Shown piece by piece: positions 28,483 to 41,670 of a stretch of DNA of 64,000 bases (position 1 is its first letter; the number at the start of each line of letters is the position of its first letter). The DNA comes from Trichoplax sp. H2 (lineage: Eukaryota), in assembly GCA_003344405.1 (NCBI GenBank), contig NOWV01000193.1:62001-126000 (forward strand). The letters are read 5' to 3'. The notes under the pieces are model-generated. The model saw nothing but the letters and a program-made list of their open reading frames with translations. It was not told the origin of the DNA and searched no databases. Made by a program: the position numbers and the translations under genes.

Positions 28483-29888
28483 CTTTTAGTTATGGTACTC
28501 CTAGCTTACAGAATACCGTCGCTGTCTGATTACAGATTTGATTAATTATTATCAGATTATCGTAGAATAGGAATAGAAATATTTATTTAATACGAATTCT
28601 TTGCCGAGAATGAGTCAAGTGCAAAATTTTACAGCTTGGGATTATATTTATTATCAGAGGTGACTGCTTCCGTATTAAACTTTTCATTAAGCAAGGTTCA
28701 CATCATTTTGCAGTTCCTTCAAAATTGAAAGGATTAGCAACTTTAGGATTGATTGACATAAAATATTAACATTAAGAAATAAAATTCTTTCATCTTCATG
28801 AAGCTGTTTAATCGATACATCACGGTACCATTAGCAATTACATTTGATTCGAAAATGCTAAAACATAACGGGAAATTGTTTTTCCGAACGATATCTTTAT
28901 CTACATGGCATCGACTGATGGTTTTATTCTTTAGCAGATAAATACGTAGTAAATATTGTATATAATGAAAATTTATCATGAGATAATTCTAGGTATTAAC
29001 TCAACATTTATTAGCTAATTCGGACGGATAAACTTAAATGCAAAGCGGAAAGGAGATAAGTAACTTACATTTTCATGTTTCGTTTAAGTTCATTTAAAGT
29101 TAAAAATTTTACGAGTTTTTTTTATGAATGAATAATAGCGTGACTGTTGCTTTTGAAGATTGTATTGTAATCTTGCTATATTACCGAATTTGAGTAATGA
29201 CGCTATAACGTTCAAGAGCGATTTTCATTTAAAAATTAGCGATTCATTTTATAACTTACGGTAAGTTGATAATGAATTTGCTTTAATCCGTCAACTTTTG
29301 CTAGGTATCAGTAACTTAATTCGGAAATTAATGTACGAAAGGTAGCGCAAGGTCAGTATGGTATCTTGAACTATTGTCTTAAAATTCCTTAAGGAACCCG
29401 ATGCTATACATCTACTTGAAGACATAATAAGGTAGCATATGGTACATATTTAAATGCTGTGGCAATGATATTTAAAGTATTACTTTTATTATACTTAACA
29501 TCATGCAACTTGCAACTCCACACTATTGCTGTAAGCGCTCGTATCTGTCTCAATTTTTTTATAGCTAATAGTGTAAAATTTTGACTATGACTTTCCTTCA
29601 TTTCGCTTAGATGAATGGGCTAGTACCATAACATATTATGGGACATTGATTACAATTGCAAATTGCGAGATAGAAATCTGGTTATCGATTTAAATAATGC
29701 ACCAATAACGAATATCACAATTTCGGTTACCTTCATTACATAACTATTATAGAAAACGAAATATATAAATTGAAGCATGAAAAATTAAAAGTTCTGCATT
29801 ATACACATATTTCACAATAATATATCTCCATGGATCAATAATATTTTCAAGATGCAATATGAGATGTGAAAAACCACTAAATATGTCT

Positions 29889-31385
29889 TTAGTCAGTCTT
29901 TTCTTCCTTAACCACTTTTATGGACCTTTTTAATTCGGCTCGCTTTACGCGAATAAGCAAAGAACCAGACGTATATAACCAAACGCACTGAGAGTATAAG
30001 TTAAAATAATACATCGAATTACGATATTGCTAAATGGATTTTAGTGCTAGATTACTTAATAAATAACAGAAGGATTGTAATTCTACTTACCACTATAATT
30101 AAGCAGTTTATCAACGCAGGAGCGGAAAATACAATAGATATGAATAAGCCTTGCGAATCGAAGTACTGTTGACTAGCAAATGATCTAAAGTCAGAGAAGC
30201 ATTCATTAGAAAAACTGATCTATTTATTAAATGCGTTGAATATAAATTCAATTCAGTTACAGTATTGATTTATCAATTATGTGCTAAAGTATTATTAAAC
30301 TGTGTGAGTGAAATAATCTCACCTCCAATTTTGAGCAGCGTATTCATTTACGAATTGAGTAGACCAAGTCATCAGTACTAAAGCGTTATGAATAGCATAA
30401 AAACATCGAATGAATGAATAAGAAATAACATACCAATGCGTAGGCCGCATATGGACTGGGGATATTGAACATCACTATCAAAGCTGTGAGTGTGTCTCAT
30501 AGTGAAGTTTCAATCGGGAGCTTGTTTAAGAGAGCAACTGCACTTTATGTTAATGAAGGAAATGCACGTTGGTGACCTTGTCCGTATTTATCATCCTTTC
30601 ACTTATTATAGTTCTACGTATATCGTGCATACGGCGCAATGACAACAATATGTAATTTACAATGCAGCATACGTACACGGACGTACGTTTAGTCTAGGTA
30701 TTTGGCACAAAGTAATTGATCAACTTTATTTGAAAACTACTTTAGAGCTAGTCAATGTTAGGGTTATTTGTCCTTTTTATTTTATAGTACTGTATATCTA
30801 AATATACAATAAGCATATTTACTTACATAGAGCTAGAAACAATATTGTTTGTAGATTTGTTCGATGTCCACTTGATAAGATAAATAGTAAGCATATGACA
30901 TGGAAGGCTACCAGACCTAGCAACCATCTTTCAGTCCAGTCAATCTGGAATTCACGTGAATTCATTATATTAAAATTTATACCTGGTATTGCGAAGATGT
31001 ATTGACCCCAAAATACTCGTCCTTATTAACGTTTGAAGTCTTATCTATTCTTGCTATTATAACCACCAGCCAATGAAGATTGTATACTACAGTTAGTTAT
31101 CCTACATTGATATCCTAACTGCTTTAGATAGCAACTATCAATGCTAATAACGACGACAGTACTGCTTTATATTGAAGTCTATCCCTTTCAGCTATACTTG
31201 CTTAACAAACACGTCAATTGTGTAACTGGTTTAATTTTGTATCATGTAATCCAGTTACGCAACATGGAAAGTCATGTTTACCTTACCGTTAAAATCAATT
31301 TCCAAATGCTATCTATAACTTGGCCATTTTCTAAGGCCAATATTGTTTCTATATCTGCAGCAGCATCGTTATTCGTTTTCGCCAT
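29889..31385 (-). CDS. TMEM18: Transmembrane protein 18 ortholog, 154 aa, 5 exons
   Basis: Exons (minus): 31287-31385, 30827-30944, 30323-30377, 30091-30184, 29889-29987. All GT-AG, 465 nt in frame. [46 protein letters not shown] and the basic C-terminus match TMEM18. Confidence 0.93.
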
Positions 31386-31749
31386 TGCTTGTTGAGTCAA
31401 TTAGTTGGCGTTCAATTATATATGATAACCAAATTTACAAGTATCGATGAATACAATCTCACCAGTTAGGCGATCACTTGCAATTGCGATTGACGTACGA
31501 AGCAATCAGTCCAGTATATTATGTGTACTACAGTACTGTACAGTTTACAATTTTCTGTAATATACAAGGAAGAAACTAAATGCAAAGGCTTTTGGAAGCA
31601 CCTCTAATATCCAATTTACAAGATCGATCCTACAAAGGCCGTTGTTATTGATAAGAACGCAGTCTTGCCGTTGCAAACTTACTTTACATCATTGCCAAGC
31701 ATCCATCCATTGATCGATTGTAATGCAGTAGGAGTATGCGGTGATGTTG

Positions 31750-32430
31750 TGAACTGCAATCAATGATCGATCATCTTGGTATAATCGTATTAAGAGATTT
31801 CTCATTTTTCGAATTCTCAAGTACTGTAGATCCACGTCACCGATGCTGTACAGCACAGTACTGTACTGTACAGTACAGTACACTGTGCAGTACGGTACTG
31901 TGGAGTCTAGACTGTACACTGTACTGTCGTACAGTACAGTACAGTACGAGAGACTTCCAAGGCTTACAGTACAGCACACTGTTCACAGTACTGTACAATA
32001 CAAACTAGAAGAGAAGAGTGACAACGCTTTATAATGTACTGCACTACGAGTAATTTCGAGTACTGTACATTGTACAAGTACTGTAGTGAAAAGCCTGTTC
32101 GCTCGCAAGTGAACTGCAATCAATGATAGACTTGATAGTTATGGTATAATCGTATTAAGCGATTTCTCATTTTTCGAATTCGACTGTACTGTACTGTAGA
32201 TTCACGTCACCGGTACTGTACACTGTGCAGTACACTGTTCAGTACTGTACACTACGAGGGACTTCTAAGGCTTATAGTACCGTACAGCACAGTACAGTAT
32301 TAGTCTTAGGTAGAAGTCCTTGACTGTACTGTACAGTGTACAGTACACTACAGTACAGTACAGTCAAACCCTAAAAAACTGTACTGTACTGTACACTGTA
32401 CAATGTACAGTACTGTACAATCTACACGTA
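31750..32430. repeat. Two diverged ~360-bp tandem units rich in CAGTA/TACTG pentamers, upstream of TMEM18
   Basis: GAACTGCAATCAATGAT...GGTATAATCGTATTAAG..ATTTCTCATTTTTCGAATTC...CACGTCACCG at ~31751 and again at ~32111, each followed by pentamer runs. Confidence 0.8.
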
Positions 32431-32439
32431 CAGTATCAT

Positions 32440-32856
32440 CATATATGAATTAATTGGCGTGTAATTAATTTGTTTAACCTTTATTTCATGCTATGTCCTT
32501 GCTCTACCAACTGATATCGATGCCATCATAACGCCAAGTACACCATATGTGAATTAATTGGCGTGTAATTAATTTGTTTATCCTTCATTTCATGCTATGT
32601 CCTTGCTCTACCAACTGATATAGATGCCAAAATAACGCAAAGTACATCATATATGAATTAATTGGCGTGTAATTAATTTGTTTATCCTTCATTTCATGCT
32701 ATTTCCTTGCTCTACCAACTGATATAGATGCCATAATAACGCAAAGTGCATCATATATGAATTAATTGGCGTGTAATTAATTTGTTTATCCTTCATTTCA
32801 TATGTTATGTCCTTGCTCTACCAACTCATATGGATACCATGATAACGCAAAGTACA
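32440..32856. repeat. Tandem repeat, 4 copies of a 104-bp unit
   Basis: Unit CATATATGAATTAATTGGCGTGTAATTAATTTG...CCTTGCTCTACCAACT... starts at 32440, 32544, 32648 and 32752. Copies are directly adjacent with no unique spacers. Confidence 0.95.
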
Positions 32857-33167
32857 ATTTATTTATCGTGCAGGCGTATACGTACGTCTATGTTGTTATT
32901 TGTTAGCTATGCTCGTATTTAATACTTTTTCCCGAATCGTGCTGTTACAGTAATAAAAATGAAACTATCGTAAAGCCAATTAGATACGGACGTCTACAAC
33001 ACTAGTATTACAACTTGCTACATTATGTACATGAGGACGAAGAAGTGCATAGTACATACTAGACCCATTTATATCCATTGGTCATCGCCTATTAGTGTGT
33101 AAACCTTAACTGACTTCATATTGAATGCCCCATGATTTTCGTAAAGCAATTTCTCGCTGACGCCTGT

Positions 33168-33349
33168 GGTCCTTAGTTTTCACGAATTTTCAACACAATG
33201 CCATTCATTTACTGATATAGACTTATAATAATCTTCTATAGATTATGTATTAAGTTATGGTCTTTAGTTTTCATGAATTTTCAACTTAATGCCATCCATT
33301 TACTTCTATAGACTTATAATAATCTTCTATAGATTATATATTAAGTTAT
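33168..33349. repeat. Tandem duplication, 2 x 91 bp
   Basis: GGTC(C/T)TTAGTTTTCA...AGACTTATAATAATCTTCTATAGATTAT.TATTAAGTTAT at 33168 and 33259. Confidence 0.9.
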
Positions 33350-33964
33350 AAGGTAAGACATGGAAGGAAGTGATAATATTATATCCCTAATAATATTATT
33401 AGTGCTATCAAAATTCATGCATATTCGAATATACATTATCATTGTGGTGGTAGCAAAGTTAATTGCAATCTTCATTTATACTAGTATGTATCACAACGAG
33501 GCTTTCATAAAATGAACTAATCAATAAATGGTTTAGTAGGAATTAATTAACATAAGAATAACAACAACGTCAATGCAAAGATATATTTTAGACGTAGACA
33601 GCATTGGCAATGCGTTGTCATGGGAATAAATTAACAAATTCTCCATTTTCTTTAGGACAAGAGTCGTTTATCTTTGTCTTTCTGAATAATTAACAAACAC
33701 AATAGGCGGATAGCGCATGTCCTCATATTCATCTTATAGAGCTATTTTAAGCTATACTCAATGCTATAATTTATATATGCTACTGTCTATGTCATCAAAG
33801 AATAGGGCATTGGAAATGTTGCTTTAGCAATAGCTAATATCATAAATACAGTCTGTTCAAAGACACATTAGTTAGTTCAAATAAGATCACAGGGCGCAAC
33901 GATTGTTTCTATTTGAAATCTCTGAAAAAATATAACTCATTAGGGTTATCAATATTAAGCCAGA

Positions 33965-35948
33965 ATGGCTACAGGGTTGCAAACACGTACGAAAAAGTCA
34001 CCAATCGATTTAAACAATCCACTAGCATTGCCTTCGGAATGTCGCTCGCCTCTTTTAATTTTAAGTATTGGGCAAACAACCATTGGTATAGCATCATTTC
34101 TACTAGGAATCATTGGTTTTTTACTCCCAAACAATCAGCTAAATGGCGCAATCGTTCTTGGAGTCAATATATGGGCAGGATTGATTGTACGTAGAATCCA
34201 AAAATTTTAGATGATGTAATCATCGATATTGACAAAAGTTTATGCAATACAGTAATGAGTTTATAAAAATCTATTAAATGGTAAGCGTAATGATAAAAGT
34301 GTTTATGATGGGAATAGTTCCATCACGGACTTTTCCACGGTAAGAAAGATAGTGAATACGATATAAAAAATCATATTAGTCTATCAGTTGAATTGATCAA
34401 CGCTCGTCAAGTCATTTCTTTACATTTTGAGCTTATACTCTAAAGTTATTGCGTTTATGTAAAACTCGGATATTCGTAAAACGTTGGTCTAATGATTATT
34501 GAAATACGTTAGTATACTTTCTGTAATGATACCAATCATACTATTACCTACCGGGAATAGTTTATTCTTATTACTTTCTCTGCAATTCAATCGTTAGTGC
34601 ACTTTAATCTCGAATTGATATTAAAAAGTCAACAACGAATTATGTTCCGATCATATAAATTTATGACATGTCTTCCTATAATACTAATTATAAACTCGTA
34701 AATTAGATGAACGCTACACAGTCAACAATATAGTATCTTACTGTCATATAGTGTAGTTGTATAATGTCTCTTCCTGTAATACTAATTATCTATAATCGTA
34801 AATTTGTAGATTCGGTGAACTCTATAATGTTATTAAGTTTGGCATTAATTTATTTTCACTCACTCAATATTTATTTCTACCTAATTTTTATCGACGATAA
34901 ATTTTGCCTGTAGCTGTTTCTGGGCTAGATTTGTAGTGGGCTATTTCATAATATGCTCAATCGATTTACTAGTACTATAGCTACGATAAACTTATTGATG
35001 AGGTAACCGTTAATTACATTGGGTTAAACTTAATAATTTCACTAGGACGAACTTTATCAATTACCATTAAATCACTTAACCATTTTATTTTCATCTTTTC
35101 CTCGATCAAATTTATAGTACATGTTAACTGGTGCAACTGGCCTTAGCCTTCATAGCAAGCATCAAAGTTACATGGTGAGCCATTAACGGTTAAAGGAATT
35201 TATATATCCACCTTAAACCGGATACATATTGATTTGAAGTAAAATAAGAGGATCAAAAATTGACAATACTGAAAAATTTTATTTTGTTTCTGTTTGTATC
35301 TTTTGTTGAAGATTTGAAATAATTTTCTTTATTTCGTTCTTTAGACACATTTATTTTTTTCCTTTTCTATGCTGAGTGTGGCTCTGACATTTGTGCACTT
35401 TTTTATCTTCCTGGGATTTTCCTTGATTAATGATCGTGCTATTGATACAAATTGGTTAAGTATCACAAGCGGAGTTCTGGCAGGTTTAGAACTTATATTT
35501 AGCTTGATAAGCATGGCATTACTAGGAAATTTCGTTTATTGTCGACCAAATTATACGGTAATTTAATAGCAGTACGACTTCATCGTTTTAATTTGACTTA
35601 TTCCTTAATAATGTTTACAAAATTAGATTTTTAAAAAACCGTCTCATTACTTTACCGCATCATTAGGCAATCGGATTCGTTGATATAGCAAATATTCAAA
35701 CGGAAAAGAAAGCTATCCAATATGTTTCACAAACGACGTATCCTCGACAATCAGGTATTAAATATTGGCAACAACAAAGGCCATGTACAGTTGTAATACA
35801 GCTTGGCCACTATTTTGAATGAATAATCATACCTTTGTTAGCGATCACAATTTATAAGCTTATAAAATTTTGATGTTTTGTTATAGATTTCTTACATGGA
35901 AAGAAGTTACCTGTTCATGAGGCTCTACCGAATTCGTCAATTCCATAA
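33965..35948 (+). CDS. CD20/MS4A-like four-TM protein, paralog 1 (~213 aa)
   Basis: Exons 33965-34186, 35118-35174, 35345-35557, 35667-35754, 35887-35948. GT-AG, phases 0,0,0,1. Four hydrophobic segments; TM2 GVNIWAGLI|YMLTG. Confidence 0.75.
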
Positions 35949-38900
35949 AACAGATACTGAATTATAGGGGATATGAATAACCAAATAAGGGCCTTATAAA
36001 TTAGAATAAACTCGACGAAAGTCTATGGATAGACTTCATTATTTCAAAGACAAAAATGATTACCGCAAGTATCATTGGCAATTTGAAAGAGAATTAAAGG
36101 AAAATTAGCATAATTTCAGGAGAAATGAATAAATAATTGGATTCTATACCGTGAGTTAGACTTGTAGCATCGATGTTGATAAGCCATACTTCTGAAATAT
36201 GATGTTTTATAAAGACTTCATAAACTGTTATGCCTACTTTCGTTTAGCTAGTAAGGCATTTTTACTACGAAGTAATGGTAACATATTGCAGCCATGCAAT
36301 TTTAGATACTTATCAGGATATTAACTTTGTTTTCGGAATTTAAAAAAGTGGATGCTATCCATTCAATATGAACATTAAAATTGGGCAACGTATTATTCTG
36401 TATCTGCATTAAAGTTGTTATTCTTAATGTTATAAATTTCATAAGCAATCTCCTGCTGAAATTTTACTGGAATCTAAATGATACTAGCGAACATAGGATC
36501 ACGCTACGTATTGAAGAATTTCCTGGAGAACTAAATTTAAAGAGTTTTATCAAAATATAATAAATGTTACACTATGGGATTATATAATGATTCATTGTTC
36601 GACAAAATCGAAAAATTTAATTTACAGTTTTACTTTACATTTTGAATATAATGGCTTTTGCTATGCGCTATGTATAAGTTTTGAATTTCTGTTTCATTTG
36701 TATGATATGAACAGAATATGAGTCTACTACAATACTGCTTAAGTTTAAAAACTAACTGTAAATATGCTTAGTAACAAAGAATATGGAAATATAGGGAATT
36801 TTTTTATCCATCATATTTGTATACCGCAATTGAAGCGGTATTATTTTCTAGTTTATCATTACTCAACATAATAAATTCAGTACTTTAACCTACATGTTTC
36901 ATCATTATGATTTTTTTTAATGATTTCAATTTAAAATTTACACTTCTGCCATAGTTCCCTTAAATTGATCAATGCTTGTATGATATCAGGTAATACTTAA
37001 TCAAAATTATCGGATATGTGAGATTTTATCAGTGAATATTAATAAAATTTGGCTTTAACCATCGCACTTGTAGCGTACTCATTCTAATTAAGGATCCTAT
37101 ATTTAAATAGCTATCAGCATCAAGTTTTTTAGCAAGAAATAACTAAGCGTTATTTTTCGTTATGTATCATACCGGAAATTACTTTGAAACTATGAATTTA
37201 ATGATGTATCTTAGTATACGGGGACTGGAGTAGTAAAATCAAAAGCGCATTGGTAAAGTCTCTATGCATTATTATAATTTATTCAGAATATTATGATATC
37301 TATCAGATAGCTATTATTCAGTATGAAGAGTTACTATACCTTAGGCTTCAATTATTTTCACGTTGATTTCGTAGGATAATTGTAACGATTTATGATTGTA
37401 TACTACGTTTAATTATTAACATGCTTGCGCATTTGCTCATGCTACGGAGAAGAATAGGCAAGGATTTATCTGCCAAGATATAAGATAGAAACGAATCTTT
37501 GACAAAAGATAACCTCTACGGCGGCCTTAAGCTACTCATATGTTATCTATGGGCATTGAATAATAGACTAAAGCGATGCAGATACCGTCTTCTTCACTTT
37601 CTGTCCTGTATCAATGGTACTACCAATACTATTAAGATTTTTAAATATTTAAATAAATTATTGTAATATTTAAAGTTCTATAAGATCGTCCAGCTTTGCA
37701 TGTAGGTCAGCGACAGCTATGATAATCTGAGGGTAGTAAGTGACTGAAAGAAAACTAAGAGAAGAATAACAGTAGAGTGTATTTGTTTTAAAGAGTTTGT
37801 TAAAGCCATGGTTACGCGTGTTAGAAAACCAGATCAACACATATAGGTCTGCTAGCGACCGAGAGAATATCAATCAGAAAATAACTGCTTTTGAGGTGAT
37901 TAAATATTAATATCAATGCATAGTATAATGGATTTAAACCAAATTACACTTTACGTAATTGCGATATGCAGTACTGTATGACTAGATCAAGTTAAAATGT
38001 GATATATATCTAAGATAAAACGCTACTTACTGCCGCTAGACTACGTGAATAAGTAAACTCTACGCCATCAAACCATGACTTCTAGAATTGGCATTATAAT
38101 AGACAAGTAGACCTATTTATTCCTAGCGGAACACTTTAAGGTATCTTGAAAGTTTAATAACTTTCTTGATTTTAAATGCTGAATTATATATTCTATTTGA
38201 CCTTTGAAATAAATACTTGTTGTAAATAAATTATTGATATAAAAGAAATCTGGTACTCATGAGAATTTATTAAAATAAAAAGTATTTAACTTTCATAGTA
38301 AGAAGGCAGTGGAATTATAATCAGAGAATTAATGGAATATTATAGTTGGAGAGCTAATTTAACGACAAAGTTAAAAAGAGTATAACAATATTTACTAAGT
38401 TTGATTATATGCAAATCAAGATTTAAGATCAAATCTTGTTTCAATAGCCTACACAAGATCATTGTATTAAGCCCATCATATGAATGATCTATGAAAATCA
38501 TTGTTATTAAAGGGTCTGCAGTACTGATAGAGATTAATGAACAATAAAATAACGGGATCATAACTGACTATTTTACATAATTAGAATAAGTACAGCCTAG
38601 GTATAGACAATTATTGTCATGACCACATTGACTCTTATGCATTTACTGACATTAATAGTTAGTAGAATAAAATATACGCGGATTTCTTACCTTTCCAAGT
38701 CACAATAGGCCTACAGCACTTTAACTGCTGACAGCAGATGATATTATATTATTTTAGGGATTGGTATGCAGTGCTCAAGTCAGCATCCAGTATTTTAGGA
38801 GAGAAAATAATAGACATCTGAGCCGAATTAAGAGAATATAATCCTACATTTACTTCACTTTTTAAGCCCACATAAAATTAAATATTTGGACATCGTGCAT

Positions 38901-40197
38901 TTAATATAGATTCGTAATATCATCAGCAATAGCGTATATATTTCGTGCCGATAAAGTTATTTTATATTATAACTAGTGTTAATCCCATTCTATGAAAGGA
39001 TATACTGGGCTAGTAAAGTTCAATAGATATACAGTACTTGATAGGGTTATATTAGATAGGGATGTGTAGCCCGAAACAGGATAATTAATGACAAATAATA
39101 TTGAAATCTTTTGCTATTTGATCAAGGATCATATCATGCAGCATTAGTGCAATCTTTAGCATATGGCACTATACAAGTATATAAAGAAGCAGAAAAGTAA
39201 GGTGTATATTACATTATGTAGCATTCGATGTCCTTCTGTTTTAAGACGTATTAGTAATTTAGATTATGTAAATTTAATATTGACAATTTTATATCAATTA
39301 ATAGTGTTGCTTAATTTTATATTACAGCGTCATGCATATCTTAATATTATTAAAGTAATTCTTAAGCCCGTAGAAAAGGATAGCAATAAACTGAATCTTA
39401 TGATTGAATTATTGCCAAGGCTTAGAATTCATAGGCTTGAAATCAGTAATACCATCAACAAACGTACGAGCATTATTTTTTATATATTTGCTCTGTAGCA
39501 GAGGATACGCGATGGTTTATATTCATTCCTATTTAATTCTATGAACGACAGTGCCTATGCTGCTATTTTTAGCTCATTATTGCTTATTCAAAGAATTGAA
39601 ACAGTAATTATACGCTAGACCATGGAAATAATTATGGACTTCATCACAATCAAATAGTAGGCAACTTGGATTGTTGTTTTTAATCATAACAATGAAACAA
39701 TTACCGTTATATTTTGGGTTATTTTTCTCAAGACTATGGCGATCATCTCTTAGTAATGACGACATGAATGTCATAATGAAGGATTTGAATAGCTTTGATT
39801 TTGATTGTAATGTCTAGCAGGAGATAAAGAAAACTTTAATAATACTGTATTATAACTAATAGCATCTCGATGTTTGTATTCCTCCTAATTGTCGAATCAA
39901 GCAAATATACTACAGTGTGTGCTATGGATTTAACCAATTTTTTTAGATACGAAGGAACTATAGCCTTCCCTGCTGCCCCTGTTATGCTTCAATCTTCATG
40001 ATTCAAGTTTTTCTTGCAATATTCTATCAGATTGTCAAATAGTTATTAAGAGAATTATTTTATAATTACGCAGCCTAGATCGATTAAACTAATCAATTTC
40101 TGTTCATTCGATATGAAGTCGAAACCAAGTCGTTTCTGGAAGCAGTTTTGATTAGCAGCTAACAAATTAATTCATTTCTATCTCTCTCTGTTTTGAA

Positions 40198-41670
40198 ATG
40201 GCGGGCTCTTCTGTTTCTATACCTCACCACGAAGATCTTATCGTGTCTCGACAAATCCAACGTCTTGCAGTTTACTTTGGGATTTGTCAATTGCTATCCG
40301 GCATCGTGTACGTTATTTGCAGTATTATTGCTATCAGCCAATTTCACGATGAAGCTATTCCACCAGTTAATTACGGTGTAAATTTTATATCAGGATTAAT
40401 GGTAAATGCTATTATAAAATATTGTCACGATTAATGGCAAATTCTATTAGGAAATATTGCCACGATTATTGCTTAAATTTGCTATTCATTACTGAACTTT
40501 AACAAAATATTGCCATTTTCTTTGATTTTATCAACCCGTTGGCTACTTATTTTATAAAATGCGGTACTTAAACTTAAGGATTATTACTCTTTTCCATTTG
40601 ATAAATGAGACTTATTCTTAAAATATCAGCTTCTCAGCTTAATTATTGATTTAAATCCAAAGTTTTGGTACTTTAGAAACCTTGTCTTTTATTCAATGTT
40701 GAATATCAATTAAGTAATGAATGCATCTTGATTCTATATTATTAACCAAAGTAAAGCTCATTTTATTTGTTATACCTAGTTCTGTTTAACAGGAATTTTG
40801 TCAATAATATGCCTATATCAACCGGAATTACAATATGTAAGTTAATACACGTTTATTCTGGTGAGTTCATCTTCTTTAAACGGAGAGGTTACTTGAGTGA
40901 GTTATGACTTATTTTTCACTTCTGCTTACGAAAACGATTTTCATTATCTAAGTAAGATAAATACTTACGTAGATGTTTCCATAATTTTGTCGATAGATCA
41001 AAGTCTTACTCGTATCTTCAATTATGAACATTGCTTTATGCACTGTTGTTATTATCCTGTCAACTAAAGCCATGCTTTATCGTGGATATACTGAAATAAC
41101 TTGGTACAGCGTAACATTAACCTTTTCAGGTTTCATTAGTATATTTTTCTGCCTGGCCACGACAATTGCTTCCGCTATCAGCGTCTTCAAGCAGCCGCAA
41201 CTTAGTAAAAGACAAGAAGTAATAATTATTAAACCAAAGTATCAAATAATTTTAAGGCTTTATATTCATGAGCGGGGTATAAAGACTATCAAATGTGATT
41301 TGAGAGATCATAAATTAAACTTAGGACTTCACTTCAAGTTCATATCATAGATGGCCTACCATTCTATATTTACTTATCTGAGCAAAATTAAGAAAGAGAA
41401 ATTGAAACAAAGCAGATTAATTTCTAATGGTTATTTTCATTTCCCTTTTCAGTCTTGTTCCGAAATAGCCAATATGGTAGTCAATAGACAGACTCAAAGC
41501 AATAAAGGTGGTAAGTTGTAGGTCCTTATTCTACAATATAATACAAATTTATTCTTAATTAGAATGAGAAATAGAGAGACAAGATCAATAACATCCCTTT
41601 AGCATTTGAACTTTCCTTGTACTCAATTACACTTATAGATAACTTCCCCATACAATTTCCAAAAAAGTAG
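40198..41670 (+). CDS. CD20/MS4A-like four-TM protein, paralog 2 (~190 aa)
   Basis: Exons 40198-40401, 40780-40836, 40997-41218, 41453-41510, 41639-41670. Same phases as the paralogs; TM2 GVNFISGLM|FCLTG. Confidence 0.72.

Noticed and set aside
30945..30982. Alternative TMEM18 donor at 30982
   Set aside because: It would need a 38-nt intron. The exon at 31287-31385 supplies an ATG, the correct phase and a family-like [11 protein letters not shown] sequence.
31141..31395. 84-aa plus-strand ORF
   Set aside because: Antisense to TMEM18 exon 1 and its intron.
31689..32034. Three overlapping ORFs on both strands
   Set aside because: Same pentamer-repeat artefact.
32440..32856. Regularly spaced repeats resembling a CRISPR array
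   Set aside because: The whole 104-bp unit repeats with no unique spacers, there are no cas genes, and the context is eukaryotic.
37670..39774. Short hydrophobic minus-strand ORFs possibly from a decayed GPCR
   Set aside because: Only a 5-residue SLADL resemblance and no continuous 7TM signature.
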